Numbered from the stretch's first letter, positions 1 to 9,740 are shown. The stretch: DNA of 64,000 nt from an uncultured Melioribacter sp. (GCA_964432155.1 CAYSMF010000003.1:34108-98107); one strand, 5' to 3'. Notes: generated by a model not told the origin, from the letters alone. Translations and numbers: made by a program.

Positions 1-1
1 G

Positions 2-1264
2 TTCGTATCGACGATGCGATCCGGGCGCCGCGCCGGTGCGATCGCAGCAGTCGTTCCTCCCATCAAAGCGTCGCGCGTGAATCCAACGGTAGCACTTGCA
101 TTGCGATATGTACGACCTCGTCGGTTATCGGCGATTGGTCTGATCGGCGGCATTTCCGTTGTTGGAATCGCCGTCGGCACTGCTGCGTTGATCATTGTGC
201 TGTCGCTGTTCAACGGATTCCGTGGCGTTGCAATCGATAGCATGACCAGCACGGGTCCGCACATCCGGGTGGTGGACGATGGACGCCCCCTTGCCGATCG
301 TGTTCCTGATGCTACGCTGCTGTCGCGCGTTGTGCAGTCGACGATTGTTGTGCAGTTGCCCGGACGTACCACAGCGGCTCGCACGATTGGCGTGCCTTCG
401 GAAGCTGGCATGCGCGAGGATATCGCGCGTGCGACGATGATCGGCGAAGCCAACGTCGAGACGCGACGTGGTATCTCGGGAGCCGTGATCTCGCTCGACA
501 TGGCCGAGTCGATGAATGTCTATCTCGGTGATACGCTCGTGTTGCTCGCACCGGAATCAATTGAATCATCGCTGCTTACCATGTCGATCCCATCGGGCGT
601 CAGCGTCGAAGTGCGGGGTATTCTCGCCCCTTCGGCAGGTGCTGCTACAACTACGCCGCAGATGGTTGTGCTCGATACCGTTCTTACGTCTGCTGCGCGA
701 GCGTCGACAACAGCGTATACCTACATCCGCATTGCTGATCCGCGAAATGCCGAACGTCTTGCTCAGTCGCTGCGAGACGCAGGCTTTCGTGCAGAGTCGT
801 GGCAGGAGTTGCACCGCACGATGTTCGACATGATGCGACTGGAGAGAATAGGGTCGTTCATTGTGCTCTCACTCATCGTCATCGTTGCTGCGTTCAACAT
901 CCTTGTGTCACTCACGTTGGGTGTGATTGAGAAGCGACGTGATGTTGCTATCCTCAAGGCGATTGGTGCTACGGATCGACAGATCCACCGCGTGTTTCAT
1001 GTGCAGGGGCTTGTCATCGGTGTCGGCAGTGTGATGATCGGCAGTCTGCTCGGCGTGGGGCTGTGTATCGGACAGCGCATGTTTCAATGGATTCGCTTTG
1101 ACGTGACGCAAGGGTATGCCATTCCAGCGCTGCCTGTCGACGTCCATGTACTCGATGTGGTAGTCGTGGCCTGTATGGGCATTCTCTGTGCGGGTCTTGC
1201 TGCGCAATACCCGGCGCGCCGTGCAGCACGCATTACGATCGCCGACGCTGTACGCTCGCGCTAA
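2..1264 (+). CDS. FtsX-family ABC transporter permease, LolC/LolE-like (5' end uncertain; frame is open to the window edge)
   Basis: ALRYVRPRR followed by TM1 (GISVVGIAVGTAALIIVLSLFNGF), a long periplasmic loop and a C-terminal 3-TM FtsX bundle ending AAQYPARRAARITIADAVRSR. Possible starts are ATG 14 or GTG 77. Residues before about nt 97 look like the tail of another FtsX domain. Confidence 0.8.
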   Translation, partial: FVSTMRSGRRAGAIAAVVPPIKASRVNPTVALALRYVRPRRLSAIGLIGGISVVGIAVGTAALIIVLSLFNGFRGVAIDSMTSTGPHIRVVDDGRPLADRVPDATLLSRVVQSTIVVQLPGRTTAARTIGVPSEAGMREDIARATMIGEANVETRRGISGAVISLDMAESMNVYLGDTLVLLAPESIESSLLTMSIPSGVSVEVRGILAPSAGAATTTPQMVVLDTVLTSAARASTTAYTYIRIADPRNAERLAQSLRDAGFRAESWQELHRTMFDMMRLERIGSFIVLSLIVIVAAFNILVSLTLGVIEKRRDVAILKAIGATDRQIHRVFHVQGLVIGVGSVMIGSLLGVGLCIGQRMFQWIRFDVTQGYAIPALPVDVHVLDVVVVACMGILCAGLAAQYPARRAARITIADAVRSR

Positions 1265-1267
1265 GCG

Positions 1268-2404
1268 CTATTCCTCGACACATGCAAGCATGTGCAATGT
1301 GAGTTCGTCGCAGACACGATATCCTTCGGCTGTGAGCTGAAGATGTGTGCCCGTATCGCGAATGAAATCAGCTTCGATCCAATGCGGTAGATGCTCCGAC
1401 AACGCCTGACGGATGTCGATGGCATAGCGATCGCGTATTACCTCGACAGGAATGCCCTCAGCGCGGAGTGTGCAGAAGAGAAACTCGGTGAGTTGCTCGC
1501 GGCTATCAAGCGTCTCGCGGTTTGCTTCGGGAAGCTCGCCAGCGTGCACCTTCGCCGTCCATTGCGTGAGTGAGCGATGATTCCAATAGCGTGTTGTACC
1601 GAGTAATCCATGCGCGCTCGGACCAACAGCGGTGTAGGATTCGCAGAGCCAGTAGGTGCGATTGTGCAGACAGCGGCGACCAGGCCGCGCGAAGTTGCTG
1701 ACTTCGTACTGCTCGTATCCAGCACGCGTGAGTGTGTCGATCACCAGCGCATACATTGCTGCATCGGTGTCTTCCGATGTGGGGGTCACAAGCCCCTTTT
1801 TCAACTTCGCATACAGCGGCGTGCCGTGTTCGTAAATCAAGGAGTACGCGCTGATATGATCGGGTTCGAGGGCGAGGAGTCGTTCCAAGTTGTACTGCAG
1901 TGATGCGAACGTCTGACCAGGCACGGCAAACATCAAATCCATGTTGACGTTGGTGAAGCCGGCTGCGCGAGCAAGCGTCATCGCCTGCGATGCTTCATCT
2001 GCGGTATGGATACGATCGAGAAATGCGAGTTCCGATTCCGTGAACGACTGCACGCCAAACGACAAACGATTGATGCCTGCGTTGGCATATCCCTGAAGCG
2101 ACGCTGCTGTAACAGTGCCAGGGTTGCATTCCATCGTCCACTCCGCATCAGGTGCAACCGGAACACTTGCGCGGACATGCTCGGTGATGCGCGTTAATAC
2201 TTCGATCGAAAGCAGCGACGGTGTGCCGCCGCCGAAGAAGACGGATGTGACTGGCGTGGTTGATGGTGTCTCCGCGCGCATCGTGATCTCGCGCAGCAGC
2301 GTCTCAACAAAGGTGTCGATGTGCTGTGTTGTCTCGAGACTGTAGAAGTCGCAGTACGAGCACTTCTTTTCGCAGAAGGGGATATGGAGGTAGTAGCCGC
2401 GCAT
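1268..2404 (-). CDS. hemW: Radical SAM HemN-like protein (heme chaperone HemW / oxygen-independent coproporphyrinogen oxidase family)
   Basis: N-terminal HIPFCEKKCSYCDFYS (CxxxCxxC radical-SAM cluster), FFGGGTPS and 378 aa length. The start overlaps the upstream lepB stop by 1 nt. Confidence 0.85.
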   Translation of the reverse strand: MRGYYLHIPFCEKKCSYCDFYSLETTQHIDTFVETLLREITMRAETPSTTPVTSVFFGGGTPSLLSIEVLTRITEHVRASVPVAPDAEWTMECNPGTVTAASLQGYANAGINRLSFGVQSFTESELAFLDRIHTADEASQAMTLARAAGFTNVNMDLMFAVPGQTFASLQYNLERLLALEPDHISAYSLIYEHGTPLYAKLKKGLVTPTSEDTDAAMYALVIDTLTRAGYEQYEVSNFARPGRRCLHNRTYWLCESYTAVGPSAHGLLGTTRYWNHRSLTQWTAKVHAGELPEANRETLDSREQLTEFLFCTLRAEGIPVEVIRDRYAIDIRQALSEHLPHWIEADFIRDTGTHLQLTAEGYRVCDELTLHMLACVEE

Positions 2405-3018
2405 TAGTTGATCAGGTGAAATAACCGATCCCAGCGAATGTGTTGCGCGGGGTTATTGGGTGTATCGCCGTACGACCAGTACACGAAGAGTGGAGCGCCC
2501 GTGACGTGATCAGCCGGAAGAACGCCCCACGAACGTGAGTCGTACGAATTGCTGCGATTGTCGCCCATCACAAAGAAGTGCCGATCGGGTACAACCACGG
2601 TGCGCCGACGTTCCTTGGGTTTGAGCAATGGATCGAACGGCGGCTGCGCATCGGGTGGTGTTGGTAGAAGCGTGTCGTTCACCGAGATGGACTCGTGTGT
2701 GAACACGAGGGTGTCGCCCGGTACGCCGATCACGCGCTTGATGTACAGCTCGTCGGGATGCAGAACAATGTCGCCCTTGCGCAGCGAGTCGGGAAGCGAG
2801 AAGATGATCACATCGCCGCGCCGAACGTCGCGTACCAAAAAGCTGATCTTGCTCATCACGATGTAGTCACCGTGCAGGATGGTGTTCTCCATCGAATGCG
2901 TTGGCACGAGGAAGACGCCAAGTACAAAGATTCGTAGAGCAATGGCCATGCAGGCAGCAAAGACTGCCGTTAGGGCGAGGTCGCGCCAGCGGATCTGAGA
3001 AAACCGTTGGCTATCCAT
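2404..3018 (-). CDS. lepB: Signal peptidase I (second paralogue)
   Basis: SPase I boxes PTHSMENTIL, YIKRVIGVPGD and GDNRSNSYDSRSWG, plus one N-terminal TM. Start re-set to ATG 3018 (MDSQRF), 1 nt after the upstream stop at 3020-3022. Confidence 0.88.
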   Translation of the reverse strand: MDSQRFSQIRWRDLALTAVFAACMAIALRIFVLGVFLVPTHSMENTILHGDYIVMSKISFLVRDVRRGDVIIFSLPDSLRKGDIVLHPDELYIKRVIGVPGDTLVFTHESISVNDTLLPTPPDAQPPFDPLLKPKERRRTVVVPDRHFFVMGDNRSNSYDSRSWGVLPADHVTGAPLFVYWSYGDTPNNPAQHIRWDRLFHLIN

Positions 3019-3019
3019 C

Positions 3020-3982
3020 TTAGTTGATGATCGTCCCGATGCGATTCCAACGAATCGTGCTGAATCGCTCGAAGAGCGAAGCACGCCTATTGCTGCTCGG
3101 CTCCCACGACCAATACACGACCATCGGTGTGCCTACCACATCATGCTTCGGGATGAATCCCCAGAAGCGCGAATCGGCAGAGTTGTCGCGGTTATCACCC
3201 ATGCCAAACACGTAATCGCGTTCGACAGTGTAGGAGGTAGCTGGTTGTCCGTCGATGGTGCCTGTGCCGAGGTTGACGGTGTGACCTTCACGACGGATAA
3301 ACGTTGCCCATTCATAGAGTGATTCCGGTGTGAGTGGAATCACATCGCCTTCTTGTGGAATACGGATCGGACCGTAATCGTCGCGCGTGAATTGACGTCC
3401 CGGTGGGAATGTCGCCATGCGATCAGACTCGTGACGCAATGTGCGCTCCTCGGCGCTGTAGGGGGCGAACTGTCCGTGCTCAGGGAGCGGACGTTCAATG
3501 CCATTCACAAAGACGCGTCCGCCGCGAATCTGCAGCGTGTCGCCGGAAACGGCGATACAGCGCTTGAGGTAGTACTCAAAATTCTCTGCCGATGCTTCGT
3601 CGCGATTTCCTGGGAAGATGAACACAATCACGTCGCCGTGCTTTGGTTCGATCAGTGGTGGAAGCTTGTAGAAGGGCAGCGGAAGATTGAGGAACGGAAT
3701 GATCTGCGGTGTGGATGGTCCGTAGATGAACTTGTTGACGAACAAGAAATCGCCGGCCATCACGGTGCGCTCCATCGAACCCGTTGGCACGGTGAACGAC
3801 GCAAGGGCAAGTCCGTTAATGATCGTCACCACCGAAACCGCCCACACGAGCGTCTTCACCCATGCTACAACATGCTGTACAAATGTCTCCGGCTTTGGTG
3901 CATTCAACCGAGCACGCCGACGACGAATGAGCCATTGTCCGAACGGACCGAGTTTGCTGTAGAGGGTTTCGATGAGGGACAT
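3020..3982 (-). CDS. lepB: Signal peptidase I (first, longer paralogue)
   Basis: VPTGSMERTV, YLKRCIAVSGD and GMGDNRDNSADSRFWG. Start re-set to ATG 3982 (MSLIETLY), just after the lepA stop at 3988-3990. The ORF-track 5' extension overlaps lepA. Confidence 0.88.
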   Translation of the reverse strand: MSLIETLYSKLGPFGQWLIRRRRARLNAPKPETFVQHVVAWVKTLVWAVSVVTIINGLALASFTVPTGSMERTVMAGDFLFVNKFIYGPSTPQIIPFLNLPLPFYKLPPLIEPKHGDVIVFIFPGNRDEASAENFEYYLKRCIAVSGDTLQIRGGRVFVNGIERPLPEHGQFAPYSAEERTLRHESDRMATFPPGRQFTRDDYGPIRIPQEGDVIPLTPESLYEWATFIRREGHTVNLGTGTIDGQPATSYTVERDYVFGMGDNRDNSADSRFWGFIPKHDVVGTPMVVYWSWEPSSNRRASLFERFSTIRWNRIGTIIN

Positions 3983-3987
3983 ACGGA

Positions 3988-5787
3988 TCAATCGATAGAG
4001 AGAACTGCGTGGAATGCTTCCTGTGGGATTTCCACCTTGCCAACTTGCTTCATGCGCTTCTTGCCTTCCTTCTGCTTCTCGAGCAACTTGCGCTTCCGTG
4101 AAATGTCGCCGCCGTAACACTTGGCGATCACGTTCTTGCGAATTGCACTGATCGATTCGCGTGCGATAATCTTCGAACCGATGGCAGCCTGAATGGCAAC
4201 TTCGAACATCTGACGTGGGATGAGCTCTTTGAGTTTTGCGCAGAGCTTCTTGCCCCATTCATGGGCCTTCTGACGGTGTACAATCGACGACAGCGCGTCT
4301 ACTGGTTCGCCATTCAGGAGAATGTCCATGCGAACGAGTTCGCCTTGCTTGTAGTCGGAGTATTCGTAATCGAGCGATGCATAGCCGCGCGTATTGGACT
4401 TCAACTTGTCGTAGAAGTCGAACACGACTTCTGCCAGCGGAAGATCAAACGTCATATCGACGCGATCGGATGACAAGTACGACTGACCCATCATCGTGCC
4501 ACGACGGTCCATGCAGAGCTTCATGATCGTGCCGACGTATTCCGACGGCGCGATGATCTGCGCACGGATGAATGGCTCTTGAATCTCTTTGATCAATGTT
4601 GGGTTTGGAAGCTGCGATGGATTGTCAACCCAGAGGATTTCGTCGCGAGTTGTGATCACCTTGTAGCGTACGTTCGGTACGGTGGTGACGATCACCTGAT
4701 TGAACTCGCGCTCGAGACGCTCCTGCACGATTTCCATGTGGAGCAGACCAAGGAAGCCGCAACGGAAGCCGAAGCCAAGCGCGCTTGATGATTCCGGCTC
4801 GAAGCTGATCGCAGAGTCGTTGAGCGACAGCTTGCCGAGTGCTTCACGCAAATCTTCGAAGTCGTCACTGTCTGCTGGGTAGATACCCGAGAACACCATT
4901 GGCTTGACTTCACGGAATCCTTCGATCGGATTCGTTGTCGGATTGCTTGCGAGCGTTACCGTATCACCGACCTTCGAGTCCTGCAGTCGACGGATGGCGG
5001 CCGTGAAGTAGCCTACGTTACCTGCTTCGAGCACACCTGTGCGCTGGCGTTGCATGTGGAGCACACCTACTTCATCGAGCTCGTAGGTCTGATTCGTGTT
5101 CATGAACAGAATCTTGTCCTTCTCCTTCATGGTGCCGTCGAATACACGCACGTTCACCACGACGCCGCGGTAGGCATCGAAGATGGAGTCGTAAATCAAG
5201 GCGCGCAGCGGAGCTTTCGGATCGCCCTTCGGTGGCGGGATCTTCGCGACAACAGTCTCGAGAATTTCATCGATGCCGATGCCTGCCTTAGCAGACGCAA
5301 GAATCATGTCTTCTTCTTTGCAGCCAATCAAATCGATCACCTGCTGCTTCACATTATCGATCGTCGTGACAGCACTTGGCAAGTCGATCTTGTTGATCAC
5401 CGGAATGATCTCCAGACCTTGATCGATTGCCATAAAAAGGTTCGAGATTGTCTGCGCTTCAACACCCTGTGTTGCATCAACCACAAGCAGTGCGCCTTCG
5501 CACGCGCTGAGCGAGCGCGAGACTTCGTAGGAGAAGTCCACGTGTCCCGGTGTGTCGATCAGGTTGAGCTTGTAGGTGTTCCCATCATTGGCTTTGTAAT
5601 CCATCTGGATCGCATGCAGCTTGATGGTGATGCCACGCTCCTGCTCAAGAGGATTGTCGTCGAGAATCTGATTCATTGTCATCTCGCGCGCCGACACACG
5701 CCCCGTACGCTCCAGCAAACGGTCTGCTAGCGTCGACTTGCCGTGGTCAATGTGCGCGATGATGCAAAAGTTGCGGTAGTTCTTCAT
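3988..5787 (-). CDS. lepA: Translation elongation factor 4 (LepA)
   Basis: GTPase motifs [17 protein letters not shown] and NKID, 599 aa, and the typical LepA C-terminal domain (…[22 protein letters not shown]). Confidence 0.97.
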   Translation of the reverse strand: MKNYRNFCIIAHIDHGKSTLADRLLERTGRVSAREMTMNQILDDNPLEQERGITIKLHAIQMDYKANDGNTYKLNLIDTPGHVDFSYEVSRSLSACEGALLVVDATQGVEAQTISNLFMAIDQGLEIIPVINKIDLPSAVTTIDNVKQQVIDLIGCKEEDMILASAKAGIGIDEILETVVAKIPPPKGDPKAPLRALIYDSIFDAYRGVVVNVRVFDGTMKEKDKILFMNTNQTYELDEVGVLHMQRQRTGVLEAGNVGYFTAAIRRLQDSKVGDTVTLASNPTTNPIEGFREVKPMVFSGIYPADSDDFEDLREALGKLSLNDSAISFEPESSSALGFGFRCGFLGLLHMEIVQERLEREFNQVIVTTVPNVRYKVITTRDEILWVDNPSQLPNPTLIKEIQEPFIRAQIIAPSEYVGTIMKLCMDRRGTMMGQSYLSSDRVDMTFDLPLAEVVFDFYDKLKSNTRGYASLDYEYSDYKQGELVRMDILLNGEPVDALSSIVHRQKAHEWGKKLCAKLKELIPRQMFEVAIQAAIGSKIIARESISAIRKNVIAKCYGGDISRKRKLLEKQKEGKKRMKQVGKVEIPQEAFHAVLSID

Positions 5788-5794
5788 AAGAGGG

Positions 5795-5802
5795 CAAAGA
5801 TA
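5795..5802 (-). promoter_or_regulatory. Candidate -7 box TATCTTTG, 7 nt upstream of the lepA ATG
   Basis: The minus strand reads TATCTTTG-ccctctt-ATG. It matches the Bacteroidota TAnnTTTG consensus. Confidence 0.5.
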
Positions 5803-5886
5803 CGGAGTGGAGGCACGGCAGGGCTACGGGGCGAGCAGACAAGGTGGGAAATTGACTGATTGGTCGAAATAAGGAACAAAATCTCG

Positions 5887-5894
5887 TAGGTTTG
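5887..5894 (+). promoter_or_regulatory. Candidate -7 box TAGGTTTG upstream of the SnoaL-like gene
   Basis: TAGGTTTG lies 22 nt before ATG 5917. Confidence 0.4.
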
Positions 5895-5916
5895 CGTTCT
5901 GAATGCTTTCCCACAA

Positions 5917-6297
5917 ATGTTTGAGAGTAACGACATGCCAAACCCAGATTTCAGCGTCCTCTTCAACGGTATCGATGCCAAGGATCACGTGCTGTTCGGC
6001 ACATTCCTTACCGACGATGCGCAGTTCCGCTTTGCGAACCACCCAGCAGTGGTTGGCAAGGACACGATCGTGAACTTCCTCGAGGGATGGTTCCAGAGCA
6101 TCGCAGCCATCAAGCACTCGAACCTCACAGTGCGTGAAGGCGACGGCTTCGTGCTGACAGAAGGTACTGTGACGTACACACGTCACAGCGGATCGACGCT
6201 CAGCGTTCCATTCGCGAACGTCTTCAACATGGTCGACGGAAAGATCAAGGATTACTTGATCTACGTTGATAACTCGACCCTGTATACTGAGCAGTAA
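5917..6297 (+). CDS. NTF2-fold / SnoaL-like small protein
   Basis: 126 aa with an alpha+beta cone-like pattern (…FANHPAVVGKDTIVNFLEGWF…VDGKIKDYLIYVD) typical of SnoaL-like proteins. A TAGGTTTG box lies 22 nt upstream. Confidence 0.5.
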   Translation: MFESNDMPNPDFSVLFNGIDAKDHVLFGTFLTDDAQFRFANHPAVVGKDTIVNFLEGWFQSIAAIKHSNLTVREGDGFVLTEGTVTYTRHSGSTLSVPFANVFNMVDGKIKDYLIYVDNSTLYTEQ

Positions 6298-7357
6298 TCG
6301 GCAGCTGAAACGCATACGACGCTGACAGCGTCACAAACGCATCCTGCATTCGAAGCCCTGTACGTGATGGAAACATCGCGTATGGGGCTTGTAGTATCCG
6401 GGCCTCTGCTCGGAGAAGAACGTTTTGGAGTATCTCGACGTCGAGGTTTACTGATGCCGACGTGGACACAAACGGCTGCGAAGACGTCGTGAAGAGCATG
6501 TTGTATGCATCGTGCATGTGCTCGATACGTGCGGCCAGACGAAGCGTTGGCGACACGCGAACGGCAGCCACAGCGCCGAGGTACCATGCGATGTCGTAGG
6601 CAGTTGAGCGTCGTTCCTGGGCTCCAATGTCGGCAATCGCCGTCAGCGTGGTCGACTCGGTTACGTTCCAGGTCGCCCACAGATTGCTGTACCAACGGAG
6701 CTGCTGCTCCTGTCCGCGAGGTTGCTCGTTGCCAAGGAATGTGCTCCATGTGAGCGATACTGCATCCGTTGGACGATGCGTGATACGTGTACCGATTGCA
6801 ACACCATCGTTGTTGTCAATCACACGTTGCCATCCATTGAGGACGTGCAGCGCAATTGATGTCGACGCCGATTCATCCCATGTGAGCGAGACGCCCGTTT
6901 CGACATACGGCGTTGCATCCGATGCATACAGTCGAGAGAGGAGCATGTTGTCGCGCGCAATCATCGACTCGGCGCCGATGTGCGAGGGATACACGCCTGC
7001 GTCGAGCCACACGCCATCGGCAAGGCGCACGCCAAGCCATGCTTCGCTGAGCCATCTCACAGCTGTATCTGCACCGGTCCATAGCACGTCGGCAAACCAC
7101 CCTGTCTGCGCAGCTACCTTACCGCGGAGATGTGTACTGCGTAGTTCGACGCCAGCGATGCCTTGCATGATGCCGAGCTGATCGTTGCGCGATGGTTGCA
7201 GTGTGAAGACACGTTCGTGATTCGATGGCGCATTGAACGATGTTGAATACGCCGCGTCGAGGAGCACGTGCGCTGTAACCACGGTGCTGTCGCGAGCGTG
7301 CAGTGATGCAACGCATCCTGCGATGAGCACTGCTGTAGCGATGATGTGGTTCCGCAT
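6245..7357 (-). CDS. Putative outer-membrane beta-barrel (porin-like) protein
   Basis: Signal peptide MRNHIIATAVLIAGCVASLHA and alternating amphipathic strands throughout. A beta-signal-like …TLSASYAF is followed by a 20-aa tail. Start re-set to ATG 7357, 8 nt after the upstream stop. Confidence 0.55.
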   Translation of the reverse strand: MRNHIIATAVLIAGCVASLHARDSTVVTAHVLLDAAYSTSFNAPSNHERVFTLQPSRNDQLGIMQGIAGVELRSTHLRGKVAAQTGWFADVLWTGADTAVRWLSEAWLGVRLADGVWLDAGVYPSHIGAESMIARDNMLLSRLYASDATPYVETGVSLTWDESASTSIALHVLNGWQRVIDNNDGVAIGTRITHRPTDAVSLTWSTFLGNEQPRGQEQQLRWYSNLWATWNVTESTTLTAIADIGAQERRSTAYDIAWYLGAVAAVRVSPTLRLAARIEHMHDAYNMLFTTSSQPFVSTSASVNLDVEILQNVLLRAEARILQAPYAMFPSRTGLRMQDAFVTLSASYAFQLPITAQYTGSSYQRRSSNP

Positions 7358-7365
7358 CGCGAGGC

Positions 7366-8319
7366 CTATTTCGAGGTGAGTGGTTCGCGCGTGACAACCA
7401 TCGCCAGCGTGCGTCTGTCGGGACTTAGCGCGATGCGTCCGATACGTCCGCGCAGCGGCAGTACACCCGACACTGGCGTGAATGACCACGCGTTGCCGTT
7501 CTGTTGTGCGATCAGCAATCCGTCGGCACTACTCATTAGCACACGTCCATCATCAAGCCACACAAAGTCCTCCGAGCCGCGAGGCATGGGAAGGATCGAC
7601 GTGCCGCGTTCTTCGCCGGGTGCAACGGTCATGAGCACCCATTGCGCCGTGTCTGATTTGTCGACGTATGTCAATCGATTCGTCGGCGACATCCGCAACG
7701 TGCGTCCGATGGATGATGCAACGGTAACCGACTGACGTGAGGCGAGATCGACAACGCGTAGCGTGTGGGGTTGGCGTTCGTCGTCGTTGCCAACCACAAA
7801 TACTGCAACCATGCCATCGCCCATCCAGCAGTGATACCCGATGCGACGCATTCCGATGATGGGCGCAATCGCACGTCCGGTTAAATCATAGCGCCAGAGC
7901 TGCTGCGATTCGGTGTAGTCTTCTCCTGATGCTGTAGGACGTGCAACGCGCACAGCCGATAGACTGCGTCCATCCGACATTGGCGTTGGCGAGAACTCCG
8001 CTTCCGGCGTCTGCGTCACACGCGTGCGTGCACCACTCGTGCGATCATAGCGTACAATGTCCGTCGCACCATTGACATCATCGACGTAGTAGATCGCGCG
8101 TCCATCAGCAGAGAACGCAGGCTGGTTGTTGTATCCAGCGTGCGGGGTTATCTCCGCCACAGAGGAGATTGCTCCACGTGACGCGTCGAAGTCTGCCACA
8201 ACGATCGACGTCGATGGCAGGGGAGGAATCGACGCGCACGAGGTGACGATGATCGAGAGGATTAGTACGCTCGTGCGAACAGCACGCGCTGTGTACTTGG
8301 CTTGCCGGTCTTGATGCAC
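7366..8319 (-). CDS. PD40/TolB-like beta-propeller lipoprotein
   Basis: Lipobox-like [11 protein letters not shown] and repeated PD40-like segments ([32 protein letters not shown]). The only available start is GTG 8319, which overlaps the proS 3' end by 58 nt. Confidence 0.6.
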   Translation of the reverse strand: MHQDRQAKYTARAVRTSVLILSIIVTSCASIPPLPSTSIVVADFDASRGAISSVAEITPHAGYNNQPAFSADGRAIYYVDDVNGATDIVRYDRTSGARTRVTQTPEAEFSPTPMSDGRSLSAVRVARPTASGEDYTESQQLWRYDLTGRAIAPIIGMRRIGYHCWMGDGMVAVFVVGNDDERQPHTLRVVDLASRQSVTVASSIGRTLRMSPTNRLTYVDKSDTAQWVLMTVAPGEERGTSILPMPRGSEDFVWLDDGRVLMSSADGLLIAQQNGNAWSFTPVSGVLPLRGRIGRIALSPDRRTLAMVVTREPLTSK

Positions 8320-9728
8320 GTGCCTGCTTCCTGTGGGTTGTTGAGAGGGATGCAGCGAATCGTAGCCTTCGTCTCGGTCTTGATGAGTTCTTCTGTTTCG
8401 CCGGTGCCGTCCCAGTGAGCGCTGAGGAAGCCCCCTTTTTCATCGAGCAAGCGAACAAATTCATCCCATGTGTCGACAGGTGTGATGTGCTCGTCGCGAT
8501 AGGCACGAGCACGTTCGAGCATGTTTGCTTGAATATCGTCGAGCAGCTTCACGATGTGATCGGTGATCGTCGTGATATCGACGCTTGCCTTTTCCTTTGT
8601 GTCGCGACGTGCAACTTCAATCGTGCCGTTTTCGAGATCGCGTGCACCGAGACCGAGGCGGACAGGGATGCCGAGCTTTTCGTATTCGGCGAACTTGTAG
8701 CCTGGACGGTTCTGATCGTCGGTATCGATCTTCACGCGCACGCCCTTGCTGCGCAGATCGTTGGCGATTGCTGTTGCGCGCTCAACGAGTTCCGGAGTTG
8801 GCTTTGGAATCGGAACGATGACCACATGCGTTGGTGCAAGACGTGGTGGGATGACTAAGCCGTCGTCGTCGGAGTGTGCCATCACGAGTGCACCCATCAG
8901 ACGTGTTGATACGCCCCATGAGGTTGCCCACACGTACTCACGTGTGTTGTCCTTCGTGTTGAACTGCACATCAAACGCCTTGGCAAAGTTCTGTCCGAGG
9001 AAGTGCGATGTGCCTGCTTGCAGCGCCTTGCCGTCTTGCATCAGTGCTTCGATGCAGTAGGTGTCTTCGGCACCAGCAAAGCGTTCGTTGGCTGTCTTGA
9101 CGCCCTTGACAACAGGGAGTGCCATCCACTCTTCGGCAAACGTTGCATAGACGTCGAGCATCTTGCGCGTTTCTTCAATCGCTTCGTCGCGTGTTGCGTG
9201 CGCTGTGTGTCCTTCTTGCCACAGGAATTCCGCTGTGCGCAGGAACAAGCGTGTGCGCATTTCCCAGCGGACAACGTTTGCCCACTGATTGATGAGCAAC
9301 GGGAGGTCACGATAGGAGTCGATCCAATCGCGGTATGTATTCCAGATGATCGTTTCCGACGTCGGACGTACGATGAGTTCTTCTTCGAGCTTTGCATCGG
9401 GGTCCACAACAACACCCGATCCGTCTTCAGCATTCTTCAGACGGTAGTGCGTAACCACGGCGCATTCCTTCGCGAAGCCTTCAACGTGCGCTGCTTCCTT
9501 GCTCAGGAAGCTCTTCGGGATGAAGAGCGGGAAGTAGGCGTTCACGTGGCCGGTGTCCTTGAACATGCGATCGAGCGTGTCGCGCATGTTCTCCCAGATG
9601 GCGAAGCCATAGGGTTTGATCACCATGCAGCCCTTCACGGCTGAATAGTCGGCCAGACCTGCCTTACGGACGAGGTCGATGTACCATTGGGAATAGTCGT
9701 CGGCGCGCGATGTAATGTCTTTGCTCAT
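8262..9728 (-). CDS. proS: Proline--tRNA ligase (archaeal/eukaryote-like type)
   Basis: 488 aa. N-terminus …[36 protein letters not shown] and class II motifs without the bacterial INS editing domain. Confidence 0.95.
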   Translation of the reverse strand: MSKDITSRADDYSQWYIDLVRKAGLADYSAVKGCMVIKPYGFAIWENMRDTLDRMFKDTGHVNAYFPLFIPKSFLSKEAAHVEGFAKECAVVTHYRLKNAEDGSGVVVDPDAKLEEELIVRPTSETIIWNTYRDWIDSYRDLPLLINQWANVVRWEMRTRLFLRTAEFLWQEGHTAHATRDEAIEETRKMLDVYATFAEEWMALPVVKGVKTANERFAGAEDTYCIEALMQDGKALQAGTSHFLGQNFAKAFDVQFNTKDNTREYVWATSWGVSTRLMGALVMAHSDDDGLVIPPRLAPTHVVIVPIPKPTPELVERATAIANDLRSKGVRVKIDTDDQNRPGYKFAEYEKLGIPVRLGLGARDLENGTIEVARRDTKEKASVDITTITDHIVKLLDDIQANMLERARAYRDEHITPVDTWDEFVRLLDEKGGFLSAHWDGTGETEELIKTETKATIRCIPLNNPQEAGTCIKTGKPSTQRVLFARAY

Positions 9729-9732
9729 GTGG

Positions 9733-9740
9733 CAAAGATA
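9733..9740 (-). promoter_or_regulatory. Candidate -7 box TATCTTTG, 4 nt upstream of the proS ATG (leaderless-type)
   Basis: The minus strand reads TATCTTTG-ccac-ATG. It sits in the 18-nt gap after the upstream stop. Confidence 0.55.

Noticed and set aside
3983-4258. 5' extension of ORF 3020-4258 into lepA. Analogous ORF-track extensions occur at 24336-24824 (PAP2 ORF antisense to asd), 36687-37133 (OMP ORF antisense to the kinase), 15348-15725, 15896-16084, 30964-31116 and 42414-42659.
   Set aside because: The extensions overlap well-supported neighbouring genes and encode Arg/His-rich sequence without features. An internal start gives a proper signal peptide or conserved N-terminus immediately after the upstream stop codon.
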